A stretch of 64,000 nucleotides of DNA from an uncultured Caulobacter sp. (GTDB taxonomy: Bacteria > Pseudomonadota > Alphaproteobacteria > Caulobacterales > Caulobacteraceae): assembly GCA_937925635.1 (NCBI GenBank), contig CALALX010000003.1:6598-70597 (forward strand), in the 5' to 3' direction. A model generated the notes under the pieces. The model did not search any database, was not told the DNA's origin, and saw nothing but the letters and a program-made list of their open reading frames with translations. A program made the position numbers and the translations under genes. Numbering within the stretch: position 1 is the first letter of the stretch; each line of letters starts with the position of its first letter. Positions 9,510 to 18,786 of the stretch are shown here, piece after piece.

Positions 9510-10523
9510 ATGCAGCAGGAAATCAAACAGCTCGAACAGCTTGAGGAGATCGTTCTCTTCACCGTCGGCAAGACGCCGGTGACGGCGGGCGGTTTGATCG
9601 CGGCGTTGATCACCGTGGTCGTCGCGCTGATCGCGGCGCGGCTCATCGGCATGGCGATGTCCCGCCTGCGCGGGCGGGTCAGCCGCGGCGGCCCGGCACT
9701 CTACATCGTCGAGAAGCTGTCGGCCTACGGGCTGATCGTGTTTGGCGTCATCGCCGGGGTCTCGACGCTCGGGGTCGACCTGTCCTCGCTGGCGGTGTTC
9801 GGCGGCGCGCTCGGCGTCGGCGTCGGTCTGGGCCTGCAGGGCGTGGTCAAGGAGTTTGTCTCCGGCATCGTGCTGATCTTCGACGAGGAGCTGCGCGTCG
9901 GCGACTACATCGAACTGGAGAGCGGCCAGCGCGGCGTGGTTCATGAAATCGGCGCGCGGGCGACCCGTATCCGCAACAACGACAGCGTCGACATCCTGAT
10001 CCCCAACAGCCAGCTGATCCAGGGGACGGTGACCAACTGGACCCTGCGCGGCCACACCCGCCGGATCCGCATCCCTTTCCGCGTCGCCTACAGCGTCGAC
10101 AAGGAGAAGGTGCGTGACGCGGTGCTGGAGGCAGCCAAGGCGGTGCCGTTCACCCTGCCGGACAGCGCCACCTACAGGACCCAGGTCTGGCTGGTCGGAT
10201 TTGGCGAGTCCGGTCTGAACTACGAACTGGTGGTCTGGCCCCGATTGGAGGCGGTCAAGCGGCCCAACGCCATCCAGGCCGCCTACACTTGGGCTATCGA
10301 CGACGCCCTGCGCAACGCCGGCATTGAGATGCCCTTCCCACAACGCGATCTGCACATCCGTTCGGTGTTCGGGGAACAGGGCGACGACGCCCGCCGCACG
10401 CTGAAGCTGCAGAGCGGCGGGTCCACCGCCAGGGGGCGCCGCCGCCGGGCCTCGACCAACGACGCCATCGAGGACACCCTGAGCGTCGGGCACGACGAGC
10501 CGGAGGCTCCGCGCAAGCCTTGA
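9510..10523 (+). CDS. Small-conductance mechanosensitive channel (MscS family)
   Basis: [12 protein letters not shown] pore helix, RVGDYIE, IPNS, VTNWT and PFPQRDL. Confidence 0.92.
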   Translation: MQQEIKQLEQLEEIVLFTVGKTPVTAGGLIAALITVVVALIAARLIGMAMSRLRGRVSRGGPALYIVEKLSAYGLIVFGVIAGVSTLGVDLSSLAVFGGALGVGVGLGLQGVVKEFVSGIVLIFDEELRVGDYIELESGQRGVVHEIGARATRIRNNDSVDILIPNSQLIQGTVTNWTLRGHTRRIRIPFRVAYSVDKEKVRDAVLEAAKAVPFTLPDSATYRTQVWLVGFGESGLNYELVVWPRLEAVKRPNAIQAAYTWAIDDALRNAGIEMPFPQRDLHIRSVFGEQGDDARRTLKLQSGGSTARGRRRRASTNDAIEDTLSVGHDEPEAPRKP

Positions 10524-10584
10524 CGCCTTCGCCGCACCGCCGCAAAGCTTCTCGCAATTGCGAAAAGAAACGACGGGGAACGCC

Positions 10585-11634
10585 ATGAAGACGCCGCGCG
10601 GGTTTTTCAAACCTCTCGCCATCGGAGCGCCGCTGCCGCTGCGCGAGCTGCCCGTGCGGGTCGAGCGCATGATCCACTTCGTGCCGGCGCATCTGGAGAA
10701 GGTCCGCGCCAAGGTCCCCGAGATCGCCCCGTCCGTCGACGTCATCCTGGGCAACCTCGAGGACGCCATCCCCGCCGACGCCAAGGACGCCGCTCGCGCC
10801 GGCTTCATTGAAATGGCCAACGCCACTGACTTCGCCGCCCTCGGCGTCGGCCTTTGGACCCGCATCAACTGCCTGAACTCCCCCTGGCACCTGCAGGACG
10901 TGACCGACATCGTCGCCGGCGTCGGCGACCGGCTCGACGTGATGATGATCCCCAAGGTCGAGGGACCGTGGGACATCCACTACATGGACCAGCTCCTGGC
11001 GCTGCTGGAGGCGAAGCATGGCTTGAAGAAGCCGATCCTGTTGCACGCCATCCTCGAAACGGCCGAGGGCGTGAACAACGTCGAGGCTATCGCCGCCGCA
11101 TCGCCGCGGATGCAGGGCATCAGCCTCGGCCCGGCCGACCTGGCAGCCAGCCGCCGCATGAAGACCACCCGCGTCGGCGGCGGTCACCCGTTCTATAAGG
11201 TCATCGAGGACCCCCGGGACGACGCCGCCCCGCGCGCCGCCGCCCAGCAGGACATCTGGCACTACACCTTCGCCAAGATGGTCGACGCCTGCGCCGCCGC
11301 GGGGATCAACGCCTTCTACGGCCCGTTCGGGGACATCTCGGACGCGGAGGCCTGCGAGCAGCAGTTCCGCAACGCCTTCCTGCTCGGCTGCGTCGGCGCC
11401 TGGAGCCTGCACCCCGGCCAGATCGCCATCGCCAAGAAGGTGTTCAGCCCTGACCCCGGCGAAGTCGCCTTCGCCCGCCGAATTCTGGAAGCCATGCCGG
11501 ACGGCACCGGGGTGGTGATGCTGGACGGGAAGATGCAGGACGACGCCACCTGGAAACAGGCCAAGGTGATGGTCGATTGCGCCCGCCAGATCGCCGCCAA
11601 GGATCCTGAGTACGCGGCGCTGTACGGGTTCTGA
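10585..11634 (+). CDS. CoA-ester lyase, malyl-CoA/beta-methylmalyl-CoA/citramalyl-CoA lyase type (HpcH/CitE superfamily)
   Basis: [44 protein letters not shown] and [14 protein letters not shown] match the Chloroflexus-type Mcl as recalled; ATG 10585. Confidence 0.85.
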   Translation: MKTPRGFFKPLAIGAPLPLRELPVRVERMIHFVPAHLEKVRAKVPEIAPSVDVILGNLEDAIPADAKDAARAGFIEMANATDFAALGVGLWTRINCLNSPWHLQDVTDIVAGVGDRLDVMMIPKVEGPWDIHYMDQLLALLEAKHGLKKPILLHAILETAEGVNNVEAIAAASPRMQGISLGPADLAASRRMKTTRVGGGHPFYKVIEDPRDDAAPRAAAQQDIWHYTFAKMVDACAAAGINAFYGPFGDISDAEACEQQFRNAFLLGCVGAWSLHPGQIAIAKKVFSPDPGEVAFARRILEAMPDGTGVVMLDGKMQDDATWKQAKVMVDCARQIAAKDPEYAALYGF

Positions 11635-11643
11635 CCAACACCG

Positions 11644-11677
11644 CTGTCATCCCGGACAGCCCGCAGGGACGATCCGG
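11644..11677. repeat. Degenerate half copy of the GTCATCCCGG REP family
   Basis: ctgtcatcccggacagcccgcagggacgatccgg resembles the left arm of the element at 16876. Confidence 0.45.
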
Positions 11678-11779
11678 CCGGGCGGACAAGGACCTGGCGG
11701 TTTCCGGACGAGGTCATGAGCTGGGCGATAGATTCGGCTTGGCTATCCGCTACGGTGCGACCGCCATCCGGAGGTGACC

Positions 11780-12235
11780 ATGGCTGAGCGCGAGCCGCAC
11801 TCGACCCTCGCCGACTTCGTCTTCACCACGCCGCTGCGGGTGCGGTGGGCGGAGGTCGACATGCAGGGCATCGTCTTCAATCCGCACTACCTGACCTACG
11901 CCGACGTCGCGATGACCGAGTACATGCGGGCCGTGGGGTTTCCCTATCCGGAGGCTCTGCTGCCGTTCGGCGCGGACATCTTCGCGGTCAACGCCAATGT
12001 CGATTTCCGGTCCTCGGCCCGCTTCGACGACGCCCTGACCCTCGCCGTGCGGACCCAGCGGATCGGCCGCACCAGCATGCTGTTCCGCATCGCCGTCTTC
12101 CGGGGCGAGGACCTGCTCTGCGACGTCCGCAACACCTACGTCTGCGCCACGCCCCAGGCGCAGAAGCCCGTGCCTGTGCCACAGGTCTTCATCGACGCCG
12201 TGCTGGCCTACGAGCGGACGCCGCCGGAGCGGTAG
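11780..12235 (+). CDS. Acyl-CoA thioesterase, 4HBT/YbgC/FadM hotdog family
   Basis: VRWAEVDMQGIVFNPHYLTY motif; GGAGG RBS at 11770-11774. Confidence 0.9.
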   Translation: MAEREPHSTLADFVFTTPLRVRWAEVDMQGIVFNPHYLTYADVAMTEYMRAVGFPYPEALLPFGADIFAVNANVDFRSSARFDDALTLAVRTQRIGRTSMLFRIAVFRGEDLLCDVRNTYVCATPQAQKPVPVPQVFIDAVLAYERTPPER

Positions 12236-12388
12236 CGACCTCGCCAGCCCCTCTCCACGGGTTGAGCGACGAAGACGTTTGCCGCCTGTCATCGCTGCCC
12301 CCTGCTGACACAGGGTGTCACCAGCCGCCCTTCAAGTCCCGGAATCCGCAAGACGCTGTTCTGTCGGAGCCCTATCGTCGCCCGAACG

Positions 12389-13669
12389 TTGAGCCCGGAG
12401 ACCGGGATGGGCGAGAGCACGCTGATGGCTTGGGACGTGAGCGACAGGGACGGCTGGGCCGCCGCCATCTCGGCGACGCGCTGTCGCTCGACCAAGCTGG
12501 CCGCGCCGCTGACTGCAGAGGACGCGCAGGTCCAGGCGATGTCGGACGCCAGCCCGACGAAGTGGCATCTGGCGCACACGACCTGGTTCTTCGATGAATT
12601 CCTGCTGGCTCCGGCCGGTGTGGCGCCTGAGCGTCCGGCGTCCGCGCAGTATCTGTTCAACAGCTATTACGAGGCGGTCGGCGAGCGGCATCCGCGACCG
12701 GAGCGAGGGCTCCTGACGCGCCCGGCCCTGGCCGAGATCCAGGCCTGGCGCGCCCGCGTCGACGAGGCCCTGGACCGGTTCGTGGGCGAGACGGACGCCG
12801 ACGCCTTCCGCGTCGCCGCGCCGATCCTCGAACTCGGCCTGGCGCATGAGGAGCAGCATCAGGAGCTGATCCTGATGGACATCCTGGCGCTGTTCGGCCG
12901 TCACCCGGACGCCCCCGCCTATCGCACCGACCTCAAGTCCGCGACGGGACCCGCCCAGCGCCCCGCCGTGTGGGTCGAACATGGGGGCGGGCTTGTGGAG
13001 ATTGGCGCCGGTCCGGACGGCTTCGCCTTCGACTGCGAGCGGCCGCGCCACAAGGTCTGGTTGGAGCCTTTCGCGCTGGCCGACCGGCTGGTGACCAACG
13101 GCGAGTGGGCGGACTTCGTCACCGACGGCGGCTACGCCAACGTCTCATTGTGGCTGTCCGAGGGCTGGGACACGGTCCGCCGCGAGGGCTGGACCGCCCC
13201 GGCGTACTGGCGCGGCGACGGTCAGGTCACGCTCGCCGGCCTCGAACCGCTCGATCCCGCCGCGCCCGTGCAGCACGTCAGTTTCTGGGAGGCGGACGCC
13301 TTCGCCACCTGGGCCGGCGCCCGCCTGCCGACCGAGGCGGAATGGGAGACCATCGCCGCCGACCGCCCGGTGCGGGGCAACTTCCTGGACGCCGACATCC
13401 TGCGCCCGACGCCGGCCGGCGGCCGGGACCAGCTGTTCGGCGACCTGTGGGAATGGACCGCCAGCGCCTTCTCGCCCTACCCGGGCTTTCAGCCCGCGGC
13501 CGGGGCGCTGGGCGAGTACAACGGCAAGTTCATGGCCCGCCAGTTCGTGCTGCGCGGCGGCGGCTGCGCCACCCCGCCCGGCCACACGCGGGCCAGCTAC
13601 CGCAACTTCTTCCACCCCCACCAGCGCTGGATGTTCTCCGGCGTCAGGCTCGCGAAGGACCTCGCATGA
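12389..13669 (+). CDS. egtB: Ergothioneine sulfoxide synthase EgtB (DinB_2 + FGE-sulfatase)
   Basis: SPTKWHLAHTTWFF, FNSYY, HEEQHQELI, WEWT, YNGKFM and RNFF; true start uncertain. Confidence 0.9.
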   Translation: MSPETGMGESTLMAWDVSDRDGWAAAISATRCRSTKLAAPLTAEDAQVQAMSDASPTKWHLAHTTWFFDEFLLAPAGVAPERPASAQYLFNSYYEAVGERHPRPERGLLTRPALAEIQAWRARVDEALDRFVGETDADAFRVAAPILELGLAHEEQHQELILMDILALFGRHPDAPAYRTDLKSATGPAQRPAVWVEHGGGLVEIGAGPDGFAFDCERPRHKVWLEPFALADRLVTNGEWADFVTDGGYANVSLWLSEGWDTVRREGWTAPAYWRGDGQVTLAGLEPLDPAAPVQHVSFWEADAFATWAGARLPTEAEWETIAADRPVRGNFLDADILRPTPAGGRDQLFGDLWEWTASAFSPYPGFQPAAGALGEYNGKFMARQFVLRGGGCATPPGHTRASYRNFFHPHQRWMFSGVRLAKDLA

Positions 13670-14619
13670 ACAAGCCCGTCGCCCTGACCGCCGATCTGCA
13701 GCGGGCCCTGTTCGCCGAGGACCTGATCGAGGGGCTGTCGGCGAACCCAAAGGCCACGCCGCCAAAGTGGTTCTACGACGCCGAGGGGTCGGCCCTGTTC
13801 GGCGAGATCACCCGGCTGCCGGAATACTATCCGACCCGCACGGAACAGGGCCTGCTGTCGTCGATCCGCGAGGACATCGGTCGCCACGTCGGCCCCGGCC
13901 GCGCCGTGGTCGAGTACGGCGCCGGCTCGGCGGACAAGGCCATCCTGCTGCTTCAGGGACTGGATCGGCCGCGGTCCTACGTCTGCGTCGAGATCGACCC
14001 CGACGCGGCGCGCCGCACGGCCGACGCGGTCGGCGAACGCTTTCCCGAATTGCCGACGAAGGGTGTCGCTGGCGACTTCACCGCGCTTGACGGCATGACC
14101 CCGGCCGGTCCGGAAGGCGCGCGCCTGGGCTTTTTCCCTGGGTCGACGATCGGGAACTTCGATCCGGGCGAGGCGGCGGTCCTGCTGGCCGACATGCGCG
14201 AACACCTGGGTCAGGGCGCGCAGCTGCTGATCGGCGCCGACCTGGTCAAGGACCGCGATGTGCTGGTCCCCGCCTACGACGACGCGGCCGGCGTGACGGC
14301 GGCCTTCAATCGCAACCTGCTCGTCCGGGCCAACCGTGAGTTGGGCGCCGATTTCGACGTCAAGGCCTTCGCCCACGAGGCCCGCTGGAACCTCGGCGCT
14401 TCGCGCATTGAGATGCACCTGCGCGCCACGCGGCCGATGACGGTCCATATCCACGACCGCGCCATCGCCTTCGCCGAGGGCGAGACCCTCCACACCGAGA
14501 GCTCGTACAAATACACGCGCGAATCCCTCGCCGCCCTGGCGCAGGCCGGCGGCTGGTCGCTGGAGACGGTCTGGACAGACCCCAAGGGCTGGTTCGCGCT
14601 GGCGCTGCTGGAGAGCTAA
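13666..14619 (+). CDS. egtD: L-histidine N-alpha-trimethyltransferase EgtD
   Basis: PKWFYD.EGS.LF..IT.LPEYYPTRTE, GSTIGNF, AFNRNLL and HTESSYKY; ATGA overlap with egtB (the track ORF 12970..14619 is over-extended). Confidence 0.93.
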   Translation: MNKPVALTADLQRALFAEDLIEGLSANPKATPPKWFYDAEGSALFGEITRLPEYYPTRTEQGLLSSIREDIGRHVGPGRAVVEYGAGSADKAILLLQGLDRPRSYVCVEIDPDAARRTADAVGERFPELPTKGVAGDFTALDGMTPAGPEGARLGFFPGSTIGNFDPGEAAVLLADMREHLGQGAQLLIGADLVKDRDVLVPAYDDAAGVTAAFNRNLLVRANRELGADFDVKAFAHEARWNLGASRIEMHLRATRPMTVHIHDRAIAFAEGETLHTESSYKYTRESLAALAQAGGWSLETVWTDPKGWFALALLES

Positions 14620-15434
14620 CCCCGCGGCGGCGTGTGGATCATATGGCCGCCGCCGCTGGCGAGCAGGCGCCCGTCCTCGCTCCAGACCCGGCCGAGGCCG
14701 TGGATCAGGCCGTTGTGCGATTCCTCGGACCGGGCGTCGCTGAGCAGCCAGTCGACGCCGCCGGGGGCGTGATGGAACCAGACCGCCAGGTCCAGGCTCG
14801 GGGCGATGTAGTTGGCTTCCGGCGGCTGGGCGCGGCGGTGGGCCGGCCACAGCGGCGTGTCGATCAGCACCAGCATGCGGGCGCAGTCGGCGAACAGGTC
14901 GGCGGCTTCGAAGTCCTTGAACCGTTGCCACTGCAGCAGCGGCTCGCCCGCCTCGATCCGCTGGCCCCAGGGGGTCCACTTGACCGGCCGGGTCTCGAAG
15001 TTCTGCCAGAAGCGGTGCTTCGGCGCGTCCGGCGGCAGGTAGTGCTCCATCGGATGCAGCTCGGCGGGCAGAGGCGACGCCGGCATGACGGTCGCCGCCA
15101 TGGCCGGGCCGTCGTCCTTGTTGGTGGTCCAGACCTGGGCGGTGAGGAACACCTTGCCGCCCTGCGAGAGCTCGACGGCCAGGCACATGGCCGACCGCCC
15201 GGCCTTGAGCACCTTCACCTCGGCCTGTGCCGGGCCGAAGGCGCCGACCGACAGGTACTGGCAACTGAAGCTGGCCGGACGATGCCCTTCGGGCGCGCGC
15301 ATGCCGGCCGCCCGCAGCGCGATCGCCGCGACGTAGCCGCCGTTCGGCCCCCAGATCTCCCAGTCCTGCGAGAGATCGGCGGTTAGGACGCCGTCGGTTT
15401 CGACGACGGCGGTGTCTTCGTGGAATCGTCCCAT
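14616..15434 (-). CDS. Double-hotdog (TesB-like) acyl-CoA thioesterase
   Basis: WEIWGPNGGYVAA, SFSCQYL, SLDLAVWFH and GRVWSEDGRLLA. Confidence 0.85.
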   Translation of the reverse strand: MGRFHEDTAVVETDGVLTADLSQDWEIWGPNGGYVAAIALRAAGMRAPEGHRPASFSCQYLSVGAFGPAQAEVKVLKAGRSAMCLAVELSQGGKVFLTAQVWTTNKDDGPAMAATVMPASPLPAELHPMEHYLPPDAPKHRFWQNFETRPVKWTPWGQRIEAGEPLLQWQRFKDFEAADLFADCARMLVLIDTPLWPAHRRAQPPEANYIAPSLDLAVWFHHAPGGVDWLLSDARSEESHNGLIHGLGRVWSEDGRLLASGGGHMIHTPPRG

Positions 15435-15476
15435 GGCGCCTTCATTGCGCCGATTCCCGCTGGGGAAAGGAAGGCC

Positions 15477-16844
15477 TCAGGGGACCGGGGCGATCCGGAA
15501 CCAGGGCTCGACGCTCGGAGCGGTGGTCACGCCGCCGACCGGCACCACGGTGCGCGTGTCGTCCAGCGCGAACTCGAAGCGGCTGAGCAGGGTGGCCATA
15601 ACGATCGACGCCTCGGCCATGGCGAAACTGGCGCCGATGCAGATGCGCGGGCCGGCGCCGAAGGGCAGGAAGGCCGGCTCGCTGACCCAGGGCTGGGCCT
15701 TGCCGGCGAAACGATCGGGGATGAAGGCGGTTGGCTGGTCCCAGAACTTGCGGTGGCGGTGGATCACCCAAGGGCTGATCCAGACCAGCATGCCCTTGCC
15801 GAAGGTCTCGCCGCAGACCGTGTCCGGCCCCACCGCCTGTCGGATGATCAGGGTCACCGGCGGATAGAGCCGCATGGCCTCGAGCAGCGCCTGGCGCAGG
15901 CGGGGCCAGTGCTGGATGTCGTCGAGCGTCGTCACCCGCGCCGGATCGAAGGCGGCGATCTCCTGCCGCAGCCGCGTCTGTTCGGCTCCGTCGAGCGCCA
16001 GCAGGTAGCTGGTCCAGAACAGCACCCGCGAGGTCGTCTCGAACCCGGCCAGCAGCAGGGTCGCGCACTGGTCGCGGACCTCGGCGTCGGAGAGGGGCTG
16101 GCCGGTCTCGGGGTCACGGGCGGCCAGCAGCAGGTCGAGGAGGTCGCGGTGACCCTGATGCTCGCCCGCCGCCCGGCGGTCGGCGACGATGCGGTCGACC
16201 TCCGCGAACCAGGCGCGCTGGAACCGCCGCCGGGCCCCCAGCGCGAAGCCGAAGTCGTCCTCGGTGCGGGCGTAGCCGTCGAAGATCGTCGGCCGGCCCG
16301 GTCCGGCCAGGTAGTCGCGCACCCGCTGCGCCAGCTCGCGCCGGCCGTCGACGGACAGCGAGAACAGAGCCCGCAACACCGCGTCCAGCGCGGCCTCGTG
16401 GAACGCTTCCGACAGATTGACCCGCGACTGGCCCTCAAGCCGCCCCACGAGCCCCTCCGCGGCAGCCTTGAAGTGGGGCAGCAGGCCGCCGACGCTGCCG
16501 GGCGTGAAGGCCGGGGCCAGCATCCGCCGCTGCCGCCGCCACTCTGTCCCCTCCGACAGCAGCACGCCCGCGCCGGCCAGAGGCTTGACCGGCCGCACCG
16601 ACGCCATCGGCCGCACGTAGTTGGCCATGTTGGTCTGCAGGATGTGGCGGATGGCGGCGGGGTCGTTGACCATCATGCTGTCGACGCCCAGCACCTTGCG
16701 GCGGCCCGACAGCTCGGTGAACGCGAACTCCGACCAGTTGCCCAGCGTGTTCTTCAGCGTCTCGACGACCAGCCGCGGCGTCGACAGTTCCCCCTTGTGC
16801 ACGGGCGGCGCGGGCGGAACGATCGGGCGGGCGAGGGCGTCCAT
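15477..16844 (-). CDS. Cytochrome P450
   Basis: AGFETT I-helix, EAMR K-helix, FIPDRF, and heme motif FGAGPRICIG. Confidence 0.96.
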   Translation of the reverse strand: MDALARPIVPPAPPVHKGELSTPRLVVETLKNTLGNWSEFAFTELSGRRKVLGVDSMMVNDPAAIRHILQTNMANYVRPMASVRPVKPLAGAGVLLSEGTEWRRQRRMLAPAFTPGSVGGLLPHFKAAAEGLVGRLEGQSRVNLSEAFHEAALDAVLRALFSLSVDGRRELAQRVRDYLAGPGRPTIFDGYARTEDDFGFALGARRRFQRAWFAEVDRIVADRRAAGEHQGHRDLLDLLLAARDPETGQPLSDAEVRDQCATLLLAGFETTSRVLFWTSYLLALDGAEQTRLRQEIAAFDPARVTTLDDIQHWPRLRQALLEAMRLYPPVTLIIRQAVGPDTVCGETFGKGMLVWISPWVIHRHRKFWDQPTAFIPDRFAGKAQPWVSEPAFLPFGAGPRICIGASFAMAEASIVMATLLSRFEFALDDTRTVVPVGGVTTAPSVEPWFRIAPVP

Positions 16845-16875
16845 GGGCTCTCCGGAGCGGCTGTCGCCACTCTAC

Positions 16876-16976
16876 ACTGTCATCCCGGCCGCAGCGAAGC
16901 GGAGAGCCGGGACCCAGAAAGGCCTCGCGCGGCATCGGCTGGGTCCCGGATCGCCTGCGGCGTCCGGGATGACAGT
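16876..16976. repeat. 101-bp dimeric REP/MITE-like element
   Basis: Perfect 13-bp terminal inverted repeat actgtcatcccgg/ccgggatgacagt plus inner 11-bp IR ccgggacccag (16907-16917)/ctgggtcccgg (16939-16949). Confidence 0.85.
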
Positions 16977-17009
16977 TCTTTTTCGTCGGGCCTTCGCTAT
17001 GAAGGCCCC

Positions 17010-17816
17010 ATGTCCAAGCCGTTCTTCGACCTGCGCGGGTCGCACAATCCGCACCGCTGGCACATGCCGCTGACGCCGCCGATCTGCGTCGGACCGCCCG
17101 AGCACCTGTTCATGTACGGCAGCATCGGCCTGGCGGCCTCGATCTCGGCGCTGGAGCAGACCTGCGGCCGACCGGTGGTCTGGGCCACGGCGCAGTACCT
17201 TTCCTACGCCCGGCCGCCGTCGGTGGTCGACTTCGATGTCTGGATCGCCAACGCCGGCAAATACACGACCCAGGCCAGCGTGAAGGTCCACGTCGGCGAG
17301 ACCGAGGTCGTCACCGTCAACGCCGCCCTCGGGGCGCGGCCCGATCCGCACGACCACCAGTGGCCGCGCATGCCCGTCCTGCCGCCGCCGGAGGACTGCG
17401 ACCCGATCATGCTCTGGCCGGACGACGGCGATAACCTGAACCGCCGCATCGAGCGGCGCGCGCCCGGCGGCATGTACGACCTCGCCAAACGCACCGGCCA
17501 AATCAGCCCTGACGGCCGCATGCAGATGTGGATGCGCACGGTCGAGGACGTGCCGGTCGACGCCGCCATGCTGGCCGTGTTCGCCGACTATGTGCCGTCG
17601 GGCTTCGGCCATTCGCTCGGCGTCTGGGCCGGCGGCAACAGCCTCGACAACACCCTGCGCGTGCTGAAGATCGTGCCGACGCGCTGGGTGCTGGCCGAGA
17701 TCACCATCGCCGGCGTCCATGCCGGCGTCGGCCACGGCTCGATGAACATCTTCGCCGAGACCGGCGAGCTGATGGCCGTCGCCAGCCAGACCGTGATCCT
17801 GCGGGTAAGGAGCTAG
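17010..17816 (+). CDS. Double-hotdog (TesB-like) thioesterase family protein
   Basis: ATG 17010 within track ORF 15420..17816; FMYGSIGLAA, ATAQYL, DYVP and SLDNTLRV. Confidence 0.8.
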   Translation: MSKPFFDLRGSHNPHRWHMPLTPPICVGPPEHLFMYGSIGLAASISALEQTCGRPVVWATAQYLSYARPPSVVDFDVWIANAGKYTTQASVKVHVGETEVVTVNAALGARPDPHDHQWPRMPVLPPPEDCDPIMLWPDDGDNLNRRIERRAPGGMYDLAKRTGQISPDGRMQMWMRTVEDVPVDAAMLAVFADYVPSGFGHSLGVWAGGNSLDNTLRVLKIVPTRWVLAEITIAGVHAGVGHGSMNIFAETGELMAVASQTVILRVRS

Positions 17817-18691
17817 AGGCCCGCAATCACGGCCTCGAGCCGCGCCCTCAGCTCGCCCTCCAGCGGCAGGACCGGCAGCGGCGGCTGGGCCAAGGTCAGG
17901 CCGAGCGCGTTGGCCGCCGCGTAGATCGCGCGCATGCCGCCGGTCAACTTGAACACCTCCCACAGCGGGCCGAACTCGGCGTCCAGGCGGTCGGCCTCCG
18001 CGCGGTCGCCGCGTCGGGCGGCGGCGGTCAGGGCGGCGGCGCGCTGCGTGAACATCCCGCCCGCGACGCTGAACCAGGCGTCGGCGCCGGCCAGCAGGCC
18101 GTCCTTGCAGCCCCAGTCGCCGCTGTAGCCGATCGTCAGCCTCGGCGCGGCTTCGCGGTAGAGCTTCAGGTCGGCGGCGATGTCGCCCTTCGGCAGCGGC
18201 AGCTTGATCGCCGCGATGCTCGGGATCGCATCGGCCAGCCGGGCGACCAGCGCCGGCCTGAAGGTGAAGTTGGTCGTCGACGGGTTGTTGTAGATGAAGA
18301 TCGGCGTGTCGGTCGCCTCGGCCACGGCCGCGAAGTGGCGGAACACCTCCTCCTCGGTCAGCGGCGTGTAGCTGACCGGGGCCAGCAACAGGCCCGCCGC
18401 GCCCTCGGCCGCCGCGTCCCTGGCCAGGGCGCGGGCTTCGTCGGTGCGCAGCGCGCCGACGCCGGCGATGATCGGCGTGGAAGTCAGGGTCTCCGCCGCG
18501 ATGGCCACCGCGCGCCGCCGCTCGTCGCGGTCGAGGAACATGTAGGTCCCAGTGCTGCCGAGCAGGCCGACCGTATCCGCCCTGCCGTCCGCGATGCGCT
18601 GCAGGATGGCGCGCAGGTCGGCCTCGATCACCCGGCCGTCCGGGGTCGCGGGCGTGATGGGAAAGGCCGACAGACCGGCGAAGCGGGTCAT
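17813..18691 (-). CDS. Dihydrodipicolinate synthase (DapA)-family lyase
   Basis: GSTG, PVSY, IYNNP and Schiff-base Lys (IKLP); substrate unknown. Confidence 0.85.
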   Translation of the reverse strand: MTRFAGLSAFPITPATPDGRVIEADLRAILQRIADGRADTVGLLGSTGTYMFLDRDERRRAVAIAAETLTSTPIIAGVGALRTDEARALARDAAAEGAAGLLLAPVSYTPLTEEEVFRHFAAVAEATDTPIFIYNNPSTTNFTFRPALVARLADAIPSIAAIKLPLPKGDIAADLKLYREAAPRLTIGYSGDWGCKDGLLAGADAWFSVAGGMFTQRAAALTAAARRGDRAEADRLDAEFGPLWEVFKLTGGMRAIYAAANALGLTLAQPPLPVLPLEGELRARLEAVIAGL

Positions 18692-18786
18692 GCTTAGTCC
18701 TCCGACGAGCGGCGCATACAGCCCCGCGCCGCCCGGCGGCTCAAGTCATGTCTTGCTTCGGATTGTGTCCGCGACCCGTGCAGACC

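Noticed and set aside
9270-10976. 568-aa minus-strand ORF and similar long antisense ORFs (e.g. 3766..5631, 44386..46674, 46905..48902)
   Set aside because: They overlap well-supported genes on the opposite strand and have no family motifs
12236-12388. Riboswitch upstream of egtB
   Set aside because: Only a short hairpin (tgacac-agg-gtgtca); no SAM-II, SAM-SAH or other riboswitch consensus recognised. An Rfam scan would settle it
12970-13665. EgtB-EgtD fusion or extended EgtD
   Set aside because: Different frames joined by a standard ATGA overlap; the upstream extension is out-of-frame egtB sequence
12389-13669. EgtB-like gene as selenoneine synthase SenA
   Set aside because: No adjacent SenB glycosyltransferase or SelD homologue; partnered with egtD
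15420-17009. N-terminal 530 aa of the 798-aa track ORF as a large fusion protein
   Set aside because: Antisense to the P450 and runs through a REP element; only the part from ATG 17010 looks like a real gene
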